Assembly (NCBI GenBank): GCA_000146045.2
Contig: BK006945.2
Coordinates: forward strand, 544,001-608,000
DNA from: TPA_inf: Saccharomyces
Taxonomy: Eukaryota
Direction of reading: 5' to 3'
DNA length: 64,000 nucleotides
In this document: positions 10,578-24,351 of the stretch, in pieces
Numbering within the stretch: the stretch's first letter is position 1
Layout of the letters: every line of letters begins with the position of its first letter
Program-made: the position numbers and the translations under genes
Notes under the pieces: model-generated
Databases searched by the model: none
What the model saw: only the letters and a program-made list of their open reading frames with translations
What the model was told of the DNA's origin: nothing

Positions 10578-12338
10578 ATGTCTAAGCAGTTTGTTCGTTC
10601 TGCAAAGAACATGATGAAGGGCTACTCATCCACACAAGTGCTTGTGAGAGATGCCACGGCGAACGACTCGAGGACTCCATCGATAGACACTCTCGACGAT
10701 TTGGCACAGAGATCTTACGATTCGGTGGACTTCTTCGAGATTATGGATATGTTAGACAAGAGGCTGAACGATAAGGGCAAATACTGGAGACACGTTGCCA
10801 AATCGCTGACCGTTTTGGACTATCTTGTTCGTTTCGGGAGTGAGAACTGTGTGCTATGGTGCAGAGAGAATTTTTACGTAATTAAGACATTAAGGGAATT
10901 CAGACACGAAAATGAGTCCGGATTTGACGAGGGACAAATTATCAGAGTAAAGGCTAAAGAACTCGTCTCTTTGTTGAATGATGAAGAAAGGCTACGCGAA
11001 GAGAGGTCTATGAATACAAGAAACAGAAGGGCGAACAGAGCTGCTAGGCCAAGGCCAAGAAGACAAAGAACAAGGAGCAACCCACACGATTCTTCTCCCT
11101 CTTACCAGGACGATTTGGAAAAGGCCCTAGAGGAGAGCAGAATTACTGCTCAAGAAGATGAACAACGTAGAAGAGAACTGGCCCAGTACGACGATGAAGA
11201 TCCTGACTTCCAAGCTGCCTTACAACTAAGTAAAGAAGAAGAGGAGTTGAAGCAATTGCAGGAACTACAGAGATTACAGAAGCAACAACAGTCTCTGTCT
11301 CAATTTCAAGCTCCTTTACAACAACAACAACCACAACAACAACCAGCGTACTACGACATTTTCGGTAATCCAATCTCCCAAGATGAATACTTACAGTATC
11401 AGTACCAACAGGACCAGGAACAAGCAATGGCTCAGCAAAGATGGCTGGACCAGCAGCAAGAACAACAGCAGCTTGCTGAACAACAATATTTTCAGCAGCA
11501 ACAACAAGCTGCGGCCGCCGCTTCTGCCTTGCAACAGCAACAAACAGCCGCTAATATGCAACAACAACAACAACAGCCCGCTGATTTTCAACAACCTTTG
11601 CCTACAGGTTCTAATAATCCGTTTTCCATGGATAATCTTGAAAGACAAAAGCAGGAGCAACAGCATGCTCAATTGCAAAGACAACAAGAAGAAGCTAGAC
11701 AACAACAAGAACAATTGAAGCTACAACAATTGCAAAGACAACAACAAGAGGAAGCTCAATTACACCAGAAGAGGCAAGAAGAAGCCCAATTACAACAGCA
11801 GCAAGCCCAATTGCTACAACAGCAAGCCCAGTTCCAGCAACAACAACCCTTGAAGCAAACAAGGACTGGGAACCAGTCTATATCGGATAAATACAGCGAC
11901 TTGAATACCTTGTTAGCAACTGGTACAGGGATAGATACTTTTGGTAACACTGGAGAGGCACGTATTCCTGCACAACATACAAAGACAGGCACATTTATAA
12001 ATTCTCAGGGTACAGGCTACAAACAGGTTACTAATGAACCCAAGAACAACCCTTTCTTAAGCAACCAATACACTGGTTTACCAAGCACAAATATCGTGCC
12101 CACGCAAACAGGGTACGGGTTTGGTAACCAACCTCAAAGTCCTCCTACTAATTCTCCTCAGCAAAATCCTACTGGTATAAGCTACTCTCAGCCACAACAG
12201 CAACAACAGCCACAGCAACAACCGCAATACATGCAAAATTTCCAACAACAGCAACCTCAATACGCCCAAAACTTCCAACAACAACCACAATACACTCAAA
12301 ATTATCAACAACAACCACAATACATTCAACCTCATCAA

Positions 12339-12373
<35 letters not shown>

Positions 12374-12419
12374 ACAGGGATATACTCCTGACCAAGGTGT
12401 AAGCTTAATTGATCTTTGA
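10578..12419 (+). CDS. ENT2: Epsin-like protein with an N-terminal ENTH domain and a long Q/N-rich C-terminus
   Basis: 613 aa, ATG at 10578. ENTH signature in the first ~140 aa. The C-terminal half is made of CAA/CAG repeats and ends in ...GVSLIDL (a clathrin-box-like motif). Confidence 0.92.
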
Positions 12420-12468
12420 TACTGTCCTATATATACTTTTTTGTCATGGGTACACATACATGTACGAC

Positions 12469-12494
12469 ATATATATATATATATATATATATAT
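12469..12494. repeat. (AT)13 microsatellite in the ENT2 3' flank
   Basis: 26 nt of perfect AT dinucleotide repeat about 50 bp after the ENT2 stop. Confidence 0.9.
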
Positions 12495-12733
12495 TAGCGA
12501 GTTTACATTGATGTAGAGCAGTAACTGGAAGAAATAAAAATTTAAACTTAATACTAGGGGGTCCGTCTTCTCGTGGGTACTTCTTTTACAGTTTTCAACT
12601 TCTGCTGACTTGTATGCCTTCTTGGCGCTTCTTCGGAAAAGTTGACAGCGGGCTTTACTTTAACGGCAAATCGCAGTAAGTAAGCAAGTAACGAACTCGC
12701 ACTTCAGCAAAATAAAAAAGAACAATCGATTAG

Positions 12734-15289
<2,556 letters not shown>

Positions 15290-15550
15290 TGTGGTTTGTA
15301 TAGATATATACATAGACTATCCATAGAAATCACCCACGCATTACCCGAAAGTTTTCAATAAAGCGAACAGCGAGAAGAAAAAAAGCGAAACCGACAGAGA
15401 ATTACCACCCTAGAGCTTTAACCCCATTGAGATCAACACAATTTCGAACAGTGAAAGTGCATTGGCGAAGGTGATACAATTGGCTTCCAGCTCTGAATAA
15501 TAATAACTTACAAGCGCAAAGATAACAGATAATTTTATATCAGCATACAA

Positions 15551-16444
15551 ATGGTCGTCATAGCTAATGCGCACAACGAATTAATCCATGACGCTGTTCT
15601 AGACTATTATGGGAAGCGCCTTGCAACCTGCTCTTCTGACAAGACAATCAAGATCTTTGAAGTCGAAGGAGAAACACACAAGTTAATAGACACGTTGACT
15701 GGCCACGAAGGCCCAGTTTGGCGTGTTGATTGGGCACATCCTAAATTCGGAACCATTTTGGCATCGTGTTCTTATGATGGTAAAGTGTTGATTTGGAAGG
15801 AAGAAAACGGTAGATGGTCTCAAATTGCCGTTCATGCTGTCCACTCTGCTTCTGTCAACTCTGTTCAATGGGCTCCTCATGAATATGGCCCCCTACTGCT
15901 GGTTGCTTCCTCTGATGGTAAGGTCTCCGTAGTAGAGTTCAAAGAAAACGGTACTACTTCCCCAATAATCATCGATGCTCATGCCATTGGCGTTAACTCT
16001 GCTTCTTGGGCTCCAGCTACCATCGAAGAAGATGGTGAACACAACGGTACTAAAGAATCTCGCAAGTTTGTTACTGGGGGTGCTGACAATTTGGTAAAGA
16101 TTTGGAAGTACAATTCAGATGCCCAAACTTATGTTCTGGAAAGCACCTTAGAAGGTCACAGCGATTGGGTTAGAGACGTAGCATGGTCACCTACTGTTCT
16201 TCTACGTTCTTATTTGGCCAGTGTTTCTCAAGATCGCACCTGTATTATTTGGACTCAAGACAATGAACAAGGCCCATGGAAAAAAACTTTATTAAAAGAA
16301 GAAAAATTCCCAGATGTTTTATGGAGAGCCAGTTGGTCTTTGTCAGGTAATGTACTAGCTCTTTCCGGTGGCGATAATAAAGTTACTTTATGGAAGGAAA
16401 ATCTTGAGGGTAAATGGGAACCCGCTGGTGAAGTTCATCAGTGA
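15551..16444 (+). CDS. SEC13: COPII coat / nuclear pore / SEA complex WD40 protein Sec13
   Basis: 297 aa, ATG at 15551. WD40 repeats. The sequence matches Sec13 ([38 protein letters not shown]). Confidence 0.95.
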
Positions 16445-16796
16445 AGAGTATCAAGAATTTAAAATGAAACATCTCAAAAGAAAAAAGAATGCAAATGAGT
16501 CTATCGACGAATTTGAAGGGAAATAAACGCATAATGTACAGTAACGTATAACAATTAAAGATTTGTGGAAGTTTTCAAAAACTTTTCAACTTTTTTCTTT
16601 GTTTTTTTTTTGCAACTTCTTATATTAATATTGTCATAGATATTTCTTATACAAAAACAAGCGAACAAAAATAATCGACGTATATACAATAGATATATAA
16701 GACTGTTTTTCTTCAATAGAACAGGCGAAATTATTCTACCGGCCGAAGGTACATCTTCCCGCTATGTAATAAATAGAGGTATTTAAGTTATAACAA

Positions 16797-17732
16797 TTAT
16801 AATTCCCCCATTACGGCAGCAATTAAGTTTTGCACGTCATTAGAGGCGATTTTACCATTCTCCAGTACTTCAGCGTGAGTCGCTTTGCCTTTTTCTAAGG
16901 GTACAGGTGATTCGTCCAACGCACTGGCAGGGCTATCCACCACGCAAGTATTGGTAATCAAACTTAAGGCCAAAACCCTCCATCCGCAATGTCTTGCAAC
17001 AATGACTTCGGGAACAGTACTCATTCCGACAGCATCTCCTCCCAACATCCTTATCATTTTGGATTCTGCTCTTGTTTCGAAAGTGGGTCCAGATACAAAA
17101 GTATAAGTACCTTCATGCAGTGGCCTTTGAATCTTGAGCTCTTTCCATTTCTTAAATAAAAGCTTCCTCAACTCCAGATCATATGCATCACTCAAGGCTA
17201 AAAAACGAGGTCCATCTTCATCCAAGTTAGGACCTCTCAATGGGTGCTGGCCAGCAAGGCCAGGGATATTTAAATGATCATAAATGCACATCAAATCGCA
17301 GGCTTGATATTTCGCGTTTATACCACCAGCGGCATTAGTGACAATTAAATTACGAACATGACCCATGTGGTTAAGCACTCTAATAGGAAAAGTAGTCTCA
17401 AACAATGTGTTGCCTTCATATCCATGAAGACGACCATTCATTAATACTACTGGTGAACCATTCATAGATCCGAACATTAGTGTACCGGAATGACCTGGAA
17501 CCGTACTTTTCTTGAATCCTGGGATGTCTTGGTATGGGACTGTTACCGGGGGTGGATTGTCTCTAGACAGCTTGGTAGATATTCCACCAAGCCCTGAACC
17601 ACATATAATCAAAGTTCTCGGAGGCTCGAAATTTGTTGTATTTTTGAAATGTGGTTCTAAAATAGCAGAAATATACGCAGCGGCCTTGGTAATTGCTTCA
17701 CGTTGTTGACTTACGTTCAAGATATCACTCAT
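16797..17732 (-). CDS. PNP1: Purine nucleoside phosphorylase
   Basis: 311 aa, ATG at 17732. PNP/MTAP family motifs (GSGLG...HG...GPTFET). Convergent with SEC13. Confidence 0.9.
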   Translation of the reverse strand: MSDILNVSQQREAITKAAAYISAILEPHFKNTTNFEPPRTLIICGSGLGGISTKLSRDNPPPVTVPYQDIPGFKKSTVPGHSGTLMFGSMNGSPVVLMNGRLHGYEGNTLFETTFPIRVLNHMGHVRNLIVTNAAGGINAKYQACDLMCIYDHLNIPGLAGQHPLRGPNLDEDGPRFLALSDAYDLELRKLLFKKWKELKIQRPLHEGTYTFVSGPTFETRAESKMIRMLGGDAVGMSTVPEVIVARHCGWRVLALSLITNTCVVDSPASALDESPVPLEKGKATHAEVLENGKIASNDVQNLIAAVMGEL

Positions 17733-18007
17733 CTTTTAAGTTTATTCGGAGTTTCTCATGTGTTCTAGAAGATTAGCAAGATTATCCTAAAGTTATGCCT
17801 GCCCTATCTGCCCTCTGCTTCGAGATTTTCCTTTTCTTTGCGCTTTGTAAACACTGAAACAAAAACAAAAACAATGGAAACATCAGAAAGATATTTATTT
17901 ATTGTGGCCGCATAAAGTTTTAATTCTTTGATAATTAACGTCGTATTTGGGAAACTGCTTACTATACCGGATACTAGGCTGCCCTGATCAAACAAGGAAA
18001 TTGACAG

Positions 18008-19390
18008 ATGATGCTTGAAGGGTATACGGTACAACCTCCACAGTCTACTTTGATAGGTGACATTGAAATTCAGGACGAAAATGCAAACCAAGAAGTTAAG
18101 AACGTACTTTACCAAGGAGTTCAAAAGGGTATAAAAAGGCTAGAAAAAAGACAAAGGAGGGTTGCATTAGGTGATGTAACCTCTCAAAAGGCAAACAAAA
18201 TACACAATGCTATACATAATAAATTCCATCAGACGAAGAACAATTTTGAAATAGAGAACATACGCTCATCGGCCTTGGTAAAAGAACAACAACGAGACGT
18301 AAGGCATGAAGATAGCGACTATTTTTTAATTGATAGTTCTGAAGGCTCTTCTACTGATGACGAACAAGTTAATGAAGATGCTATTGATGATTTGTTAAGT
18401 CGAAGAGTAAATGATCAGCAGATTCAAGCCGATGAAGTGTATGAAGATTTCGATGGAGAAATGCAAGATGTCATTGAAGAGGATGTTGATAGTCAAATTG
18501 AACCACTATCACCAATAAACAACGATGAAATTCAGACTGAGCTGGACAGGGCGTTTGAAAAATATTTTCGGTCGGTTCCCAATCCGCTGGATGATGATAC
18601 CCATGATGTTGTGATGGTTGTGGAGTACGCTTCCGACATATTCTATTACTTGAGAGAACTTGAAGTGAAATATAGGCCTAATCCCTACTATATGCAAAAT
18701 CAAGTAGAGCTTACATGGCCGTTCAGACGAACTATGATAGATTGGCTAGTTCAACTGCATTTTAGATTTCAACTTTTACCAGAAACGCTATACCTGACGA
18801 TTAATATAGTGGATAGATTTCTGTCAAAGAAGACCGTTACTTTGAACAGGTTTCAATTGGTTGGTGTATCGGCTTTATTTATTGCTGCCAAGTTTGAAGA
18901 GATTAACTGCCCCACTTTGGATGATCTAGTTTACATGCTGGAAAATACATACACTAGAGATGACATTATTAGAGCGGAACAGTATATGATAGATACTCTG
19001 GAATTTGAAATAGGTTGGCCAGGACCCATGCCATTTTTAAGAAGGATAAGTAAAGCAGATGACTATGACTTCGAACCAAGAACATTAGCAAAGTACTTAT
19101 TGGAAACTACAATAGTAGAACCCAAACTAGTGGCTGCGGCACCAAGCTGGTTAGCTGCTGGCGCGTATTTTCTGAGCAGAACAATTCTTGGTTCAAATGA
19201 TTGGTCTTTAAAACATGTATTCTACTCTGGCTATACATCCAGCCAAATAATTCCTTTAGCATCACTGATATTGGAGAATTGCAAGAACGCATCTCGACGC
19301 CATCATTCAATTTGGAAAAAATACTTTGACCAAAAGCATTACCGCTGTTCTCAAATTGTAGAAGAATGGATTGTTTCGACAGAAGCCTAA
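18008..19390 (+). CDS. CLB4: B-type cyclin
   Basis: 460 aa, ATG at 18008. Cyclin box (MRAILIDWLVQ-like: RRTMIDWLVQLHFRFQLLPETLYLTINIVDRFLS). Position next to PNP1. Confidence 0.9.
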   Translation: MMLEGYTVQPPQSTLIGDIEIQDENANQEVKNVLYQGVQKGIKRLEKRQRRVALGDVTSQKANKIHNAIHNKFHQTKNNFEIENIRSSALVKEQQRDVRHEDSDYFLIDSSEGSSTDDEQVNEDAIDDLLSRRVNDQQIQADEVYEDFDGEMQDVIEEDVDSQIEPLSPINNDEIQTELDRAFEKYFRSVPNPLDDDTHDVVMVVEYASDIFYYLRELEVKYRPNPYYMQNQVELTWPFRRTMIDWLVQLHFRFQLLPETLYLTINIVDRFLSKKTVTLNRFQLVGVSALFIAAKFEEINCPTLDDLVYMLENTYTRDDIIRAEQYMIDTLEFEIGWPGPMPFLRRISKADDYDFEPRTLAKYLLETTIVEPKLVAAAPSWLAAGAYFLSRTILGSNDWSLKHVFYSGYTSSQIIPLASLILENCKNASRRHHSIWKKYFDQKHYRCSQIVEEWIVSTEA

Positions 19391-19476
19391 CTTACTCATC
19401 TTAACACCATTTGCTTCAGTTTTGGTTTCGGAAGGATCATATTTCATTTATTCAGGTAGAAGATATATATCATATT

Positions 19477-19540
19477 ACACACACACACACACACACACAT
19501 ACACATATACACACATATATATATATATAGATATATATAT
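19477..19540. repeat. Compound (AC)n-(AT)n microsatellite
   Basis: ACACACACACACACACACACACATACACATATACACACATATATATATATATAGATATATATAT in the convergent CLB4/ATG38 intergenic region. Confidence 0.9.
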
Positions 19541-19791
19541 GAATGCATCCTTGATTCCGTTTCAGTTAACACCCCGATGGTCCACCCAAGTTTATATCAT
19601 CCTCTTTTTGACCGAATCTTTATTTGACAATCTTCAAGCAGCCTCAGGGCAAAATTCAATTCTGGAGGGTTTGATATATGTGCCCTATGCCTCCAGGTAA
19701 GCGGCATTCGCAGTAGAAGAGCAGCAATCACATACTCCAACTAAGTTAAAAGACGATACTTCGTATCTTGAAAAGAAATTACCTTATTCGT

Positions 19792-20531
19792 CTAGTTTTT
19801 TTGCTTATCCCTTCTTTGCTTCGCACTTTCTACTAAGCTGTCCCAGCGTTCTCTTAATCGCCCAATTTCATTAGCCAATTTTTTATTTTCTTTCGTAATT
19901 TCGTCAATTTTCATACCATATTCTTTAAATTTTTTCTGCTCATATAATACCAACTCCTTTTTGAATTGTTCCAGTCTTAAGTTAATCTTCATTTCCGAGT
20001 TTTTGGAATTTTTTCCTCCTTCTGTTTTCAATTGAATATCATTATTCAAATTAAATTGTAAGCGGTTTAAAATTGACATAAGAAGTGGATCGTTTATGGG
20101 ACTTAAAGTGTCCTGATATGCTGGGTTATCCCAATTCCTAGCATTGCTTATTCCATTTATCGGAGATTTGTTGTTTAAAATAACAGAGCCAATAAGCATA
20201 TTGTTGTTGACCATTCCAATATTATTTTCTTCTGATGACTGCTTTTCAATCAAAAGTTCCAATTCTTGGATTTTGGCTGTAATGTCCTGTTTTAATAGGT
20301 CAATGGCTTGCGTAACGTCAGAACTTAATTTATTTTGAGACAAATTCTCGTTCTGCGGACCTAAAACTTCAATGGCTTCTTGATACTTCGCTTTTGCATT
20401 TGTAAAATCTCCTTTTCGACATTCCTGTTCGGCGTCCTCAATAATAGTATAAACCTAATTCATGTTAGTCACCATGAACAAAAAAAAAGTGGGGGCATAA
20501 TTCAAAAACTTACTTCCGCTAAAGTACTCAT
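19792..20531 (-). CDS. ATG38: PtdIns3-kinase complex I subunit Atg38; spliced, exon 1 at 20531..20514, exon 2 at 20454..19792
   Basis: The ORF-track ORF starts at TTG. Upstream is ATG AGT ACT TTA GCG GAA followed by GTAAGT, then TGACTAAC and TTAG (acceptor at 20456-20455). The spliced CDS is 681 nt, giving a 226-aa coiled-coil protein (MSTLAEVYTIIEDAEQECRKGDF...). Confidence 0.82.
20455..20513 (-). other. ATG38: Intron of ATG38 (59 nt; GTAAGT...TGACTAAC...AG)
   Basis: Canonical yeast 5' splice site, branchpoint and 3' AG seen on the minus strand. Splicing joins the ATG-initiated exon 1 in frame with the long ORF. Confidence 0.78.
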
Positions 20532-20859
20532 TCCATCACCAAGATTAGTATAACTGTCGTTGAATTATCGAACTAATCCGTGCAGCGATACAGATGTTTT
20601 TTATTTCAAACAGAGCGTTCCATTACGCTGAGTTGAATCATCTGGTTTTTCTACCCTTTAGGAAATTCTAAAGTTGAAGAGGCGCTATCGATGTATGCAA
20701 TGATGAAAAAGTGGTACAGAGCTTTATACATATTACAATACAGTGCAGAATTTATAAAGGGAGATAATACATTTGAAGCGGTTGTTGGTATAGATATATT
20801 GAGAGTACTATAATAAAACTATTGGGCGGTGGTAAAATTCCTGAACAAGGAAGGCATCA

Positions 20860-22281
20860 TTATACTAATTTATGATCACCGTCGGCATCCAGGTCCTCTT
20901 CCAACTCGCCAACCATATTTTCATCATCAACAAGTACATCGTCCAAGTACGAATCTTGTTCTGCAGCTACATAATCCTCCATCAGGCTTTGTACTACTTC
21001 TCTTGACTCGGCGAATTCATCTTGAACGTTCTGCATTGATTGGAACAAGTCGCCTACATTATAATTATTTAAAAATGCGCCCTTGGCAAATACTTTGTCA
21101 AAAGTATTGCACGCATTCTCAAAGACGTTCACCACGGTAGACATATTGCTTAACATCATGCCGCTAACTTCGTTTTCATTTGGTTGTAAAGGCAAGTATG
21201 GCGATCTTCTTCCAATGTTAACGTGCATCGCAGAAGAGGACCATGAGGGGAATTTGATGCGTTGTTGTAATTTGGTCATAGCACGCGATATCTGACGAGG
21301 TTCTACATTACCAATGATTGTATTATAAACGTTAAAATATGTTGGATTGTTCATCGCGGTAGAGACAAGAGAATTGGAAGGGTCTAATAAATCTAACATG
21401 ACGTCATAACTGGAATGGCCTTTATGCGCTATATCATCGTGAATATAATCTGATGTAAATGGAGTGAAACTAGGGCTTAGGAAATGAAGTTCAGGAGAAG
21501 GAATCAAGGTAGAGTAAATACTGGACATGGATGAATACATGTAACTCGGAAACCGTATACTGTTCGTTACTGAAGATATTATGGTCGATATCAATTGATT
21601 CGTGTGTTGTAAATCGATGTTCGGATTTCTAAACACTTTACCGGAAATATTCAGCAACGAAGCGTTATCAAACACCACCGTTGCATCGCTATCTTCTATC
21701 AGTCTTCTCAAAGCCAGAATAGTGTTATAAGATTGAACAACAACCTCAGAAGATCTTGCAGGGAACACAGAATATGTCGTGAGTATTTTTTTAGGATATC
21801 GATCACACAGCGCTTCTAAGAGGTTGGATCCGAGCCCTGAACCGGTCCCTCCGGCTACTGAGTGCAGCAACTGGAAACCTTCGAAATTGTCGGTAGAATC
21901 AATCTCCTTGTCGATCTTGTTAAGAATATCATCCTGGTTACGAGTTCCTATATCATACCCATTGGCCCAAGAATTACCAGCGCTAGCGCCATCAGAAGCT
22001 ACCCAGGTATTTCTTGGGTCGAAAAACCCACGAAATGTGTTCTCCACGTCGGCGATGACACTAGGCTCGGAATCCATCATAATAGCCCTTGGCGTAAACT
22101 TATTCCTACTGTTTTCGCGGAAGAAAGGCTTTGTGTCATCATCTCTTTCCGTACTGGAATCAGGAAGCTGAGATAGCCCATCGGTGCCTATAGCGTGTTC
22201 TTTCGCCAATTGAGACCAGAGAAACTTACCAACGTGGTTCCCGCATTGACCTGCTTGCAAAGTAATAATTTCTCCACCCAT
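20860..22281 (-). CDS. TUB4: Gamma-tubulin
   Basis: 473 aa, ATG at 22281. Tubulin GTP-binding signature (GGGTGSG in AGGTGSGLGS). N-terminal MGGEIITLQAGQCGNHVG. Confidence 0.93.
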   Translation of the reverse strand: MGGEIITLQAGQCGNHVGKFLWSQLAKEHAIGTDGLSQLPDSSTERDDDTKPFFRENSRNKFTPRAIMMDSEPSVIADVENTFRGFFDPRNTWVASDGASAGNSWANGYDIGTRNQDDILNKIDKEIDSTDNFEGFQLLHSVAGGTGSGLGSNLLEALCDRYPKKILTTYSVFPARSSEVVVQSYNTILALRRLIEDSDATVVFDNASLLNISGKVFRNPNIDLQHTNQLISTIISSVTNSIRFPSYMYSSMSSIYSTLIPSPELHFLSPSFTPFTSDYIHDDIAHKGHSSYDVMLDLLDPSNSLVSTAMNNPTYFNVYNTIIGNVEPRQISRAMTKLQQRIKFPSWSSSAMHVNIGRRSPYLPLQPNENEVSGMMLSNMSTVVNVFENACNTFDKVFAKGAFLNNYNVGDLFQSMQNVQDEFAESREVVQSLMEDYVAAEQDSYLDDVLVDDENMVGELEEDLDADGDHKLV

Positions 22282-22653
22282 AGATAGTTATATGTTGAAT
22301 TCTTATACATGTGACTAACCGATATTACGCATTTGTTCATTTCGCAGCTACTGTTACGATTATTATTTATTACATTTAATGAAATTTCCCAAAAGATAAT
22401 ATTAACGCGTTCTGTTACCCGGTGATATTTTCTGAATGTCAGGGTAACAAAGAGAGAACGTTATAATGGGAGAATAGTAAATATTTGCTTTAGGAAATTA
22501 GTAATAATTGCAATGCGGAAAATAGGTGCATTTTGTGTTTCTTGAAAGGTTTGAACTAAAGAATGTATACATATATATTAGAGCGTGCCTTCATGCAGGG
22601 AATTAGAGGATCCGTTACGGAAGAGAGAACTTCGTAAGACATTATTGCTGTGA

Positions 22654-23922
22654 CTATTTTGACCGTTTCCAAGAACTCAACCAGTCATTTATCTTTGGAG
22701 TAACAAAGCAGTCCCATTTGAGAGACCCCTCATCATGATGATTCAGTCTGTCTTGCCTGTTATACGAAACGACTACTCTTGACAAATCTTTTTGGGAAAA
22801 GGTTGGTGCCTTTTTCTTTGCCTTTATACAAAACTGCACTTGTTCTGTGAATTTATTTTGGTACGGCGTTACGGTGATTTGTTCAACATGCGCCGTAAAT
22901 TGGCCCTTTTCGATAATATCGGGTGAATTTTCCCAATCTATGAGGCCACCTGCCCAGTTTATTGTACCGGGTCCGTTGGTTTCCGAGCCGCCTGGCCAAA
23001 CAGCGATTTCTAGTCTCATCGGCGTTTGTGGGTACCTATATTCTTTACTAATGGGGTCCCAGGTATCCTTCTTCAGGACTGTGCGAGCTATTTTACCATC
23101 AACATACCATATTATCCTATCCGGGTCCCAATCAATCTCATAAGTGTGGTAAGTGGCCCAAGTGTCAGCGCCTACGGGAAATCTTTGCATTCTTGTGTAA
23201 TCCAAATGCCCTTGAGAATAGTAGTTTGATTGGGCCGTCATTAAATCACCACCCAGCCACTCAAAATCAATCTCGTCCCCAATTGCGGATGTTAAGTCAA
23301 ATGCAGTCACCACACCCCTCGACCTCGCCGTTTTCATTCGCACGCTTGCCTTGCCGTATAGAAACGACCTGGTCGATGTGATCAAACTTCCGGTAGTTTT
23401 TTTTGGCATAGCCAGAACAATATTCCCGCTACTCGCTTCAATTGATGTGTAGCCGCTATGTGTGAAATCGAAATCTTCCAACATTTTCTCTGCCTCTTTA
23501 CTGTCTGGAGTGACCAAGAATTTGGCGTAGTGTATGATTCTCTTGGAATTTAGCTCCCCTTCTACTACACCCACCTTGGTATTTGCCTTATTCGGTCCAT
23601 TTCCCTCTCTTATTGGTGGCTTAGGTTGATAGTTCACAATAAATTTAGGAACCTTTGGTGTGCTAACAAATTCAAGTTTTTGACTGGCGACTAATGCAGG
23701 TATAGGAGCACAGCTTTCCTCGTCGAAAGATGACCTCACGTTGCAGCCACCGACACATATCGGTCCAGCGCCACATTCATTATACGGCGAGCAGCACGGC
23801 CATTCTGCGGGACAAGGGTTATTTGGAGAACAAGAAATGGAGTTTTTGGGTTTGTATAATTCTCCCAGTGCAAATCCGATGTAGCCAACAACCGGCACCA
23901 GCTGTAATATTGATATTCTCAT
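22654..23922 (-). CDS. CRR1: Sporulation-specific GH16 chitin transglycosylase-like protein (Crh family)
   Basis: 422 aa, ATG at 23922. Signal peptide, Cys-rich N-terminal region and GH16 catalytic-type motif (EIDFEWLG). An MSE lies upstream. Confidence 0.85.
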   Translation of the reverse strand: MRISILQLVPVVGYIGFALGELYKPKNSISCSPNNPCPAEWPCCSPYNECGAGPICVGGCNVRSSFDEESCAPIPALVASQKLEFVSTPKVPKFIVNYQPKPPIREGNGPNKANTKVGVVEGELNSKRIIHYAKFLVTPDSKEAEKMLEDFDFTHSGYTSIEASSGNIVLAMPKKTTGSLITSTRSFLYGKASVRMKTARSRGVVTAFDLTSAIGDEIDFEWLGGDLMTAQSNYYSQGHLDYTRMQRFPVGADTWATYHTYEIDWDPDRIIWYVDGKIARTVLKKDTWDPISKEYRYPQTPMRLEIAVWPGGSETNGPGTINWAGGLIDWENSPDIIEKGQFTAHVEQITVTPYQNKFTEQVQFCIKAKKKAPTFSQKDLSRVVVSYNRQDRLNHHDEGSLKWDCFVTPKINDWLSSWKRSK

Positions 23923-24062
23923 ATTTTTATTTCGTGCAAAAGCCCTTGATGATACTCTAAACTAAACGACTGTTCTTGTATTTCGTTATTAATCGATAAT
24001 TATTAGCTGGTATTGTCTTTTTTTTTTTTTTCCTACATGATCGTCGCGAGGCTTTACATAAT

Positions 24063-24071
24063 TTTTGTGAC
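24063..24071 (-). promoter_or_regulatory. Middle sporulation element (GTCACAAAA, Ndt80 site) upstream of CRR1
   Basis: On the minus strand GGCGTCACAAAA matches gNCRCAAAW. About 145 bp upstream of the CRR1 ATG. Confidence 0.55.
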
Positions 24072-24280
24072 GCCTTTAAAAGTATAGTAGAACGAGCACA
24101 TAAGAAGTAAATGAAAAGTACGGCAGATGCAATTGACAGTAAAGAGCGGTACAATAGTTGAAGAATACCCGATAAAAATGTATTTAGGTTGCTTGACGGG
24201 TTTGCAGCAATTGCCAAGAACACTAACTGTGGCAATCTTGGTGAGAATCTACTCCCAACCCAAACATTTTCGCCGATATT

Positions 24281-24305
24281 TTTGCTCACCTTTTTTTTTT
24301 GCTCA
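24281..24305 (+). promoter_or_regulatory. Two Mac1 copper-response elements (TTTGCTCA) in the FRE1 promoter
   Basis: TTTGCTCA at 24281-24288 and 24298-24305, about 270 bp upstream of the FRE1 ATG. Matches the CuRE consensus TTTGC(T/G)C(A/G). Confidence 0.75.
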
Positions 24306-24343
24306 TCGAAAATTGTTATAGCGGCTCGACTTTGATTTACTAA

Positions 24344-24351
24344 TACACCCA
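24344..24351 (+). promoter_or_regulatory. Aft1/Aft2 iron-response element (TACACCCA) in the FRE1 promoter
   Basis: Matches PyPuCACCCPu, about 220 bp upstream of FRE1. Confidence 0.55.

Noticed and set aside
12078-12395. 105-aa minus-strand ORF made almost entirely of leucine (LLLLLLL...) antisense to the ENT2 C-terminus
   Set aside because: It is the reverse complement of the CAA/CAG glutamine repeat (CTG/TTG = Leu). It has no independent start context and is a pure composition artefact.
22654-23922. Possibility that CRR1 plus the neighbouring FRE1 form a cell-wall/metal functional cluster
   Set aside because: The genes are divergently transcribed with unrelated regulation (Ndt80 MSE versus Mac1/Aft1 sites). 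Adjacency is conserved synteny, not a co-regulated system.
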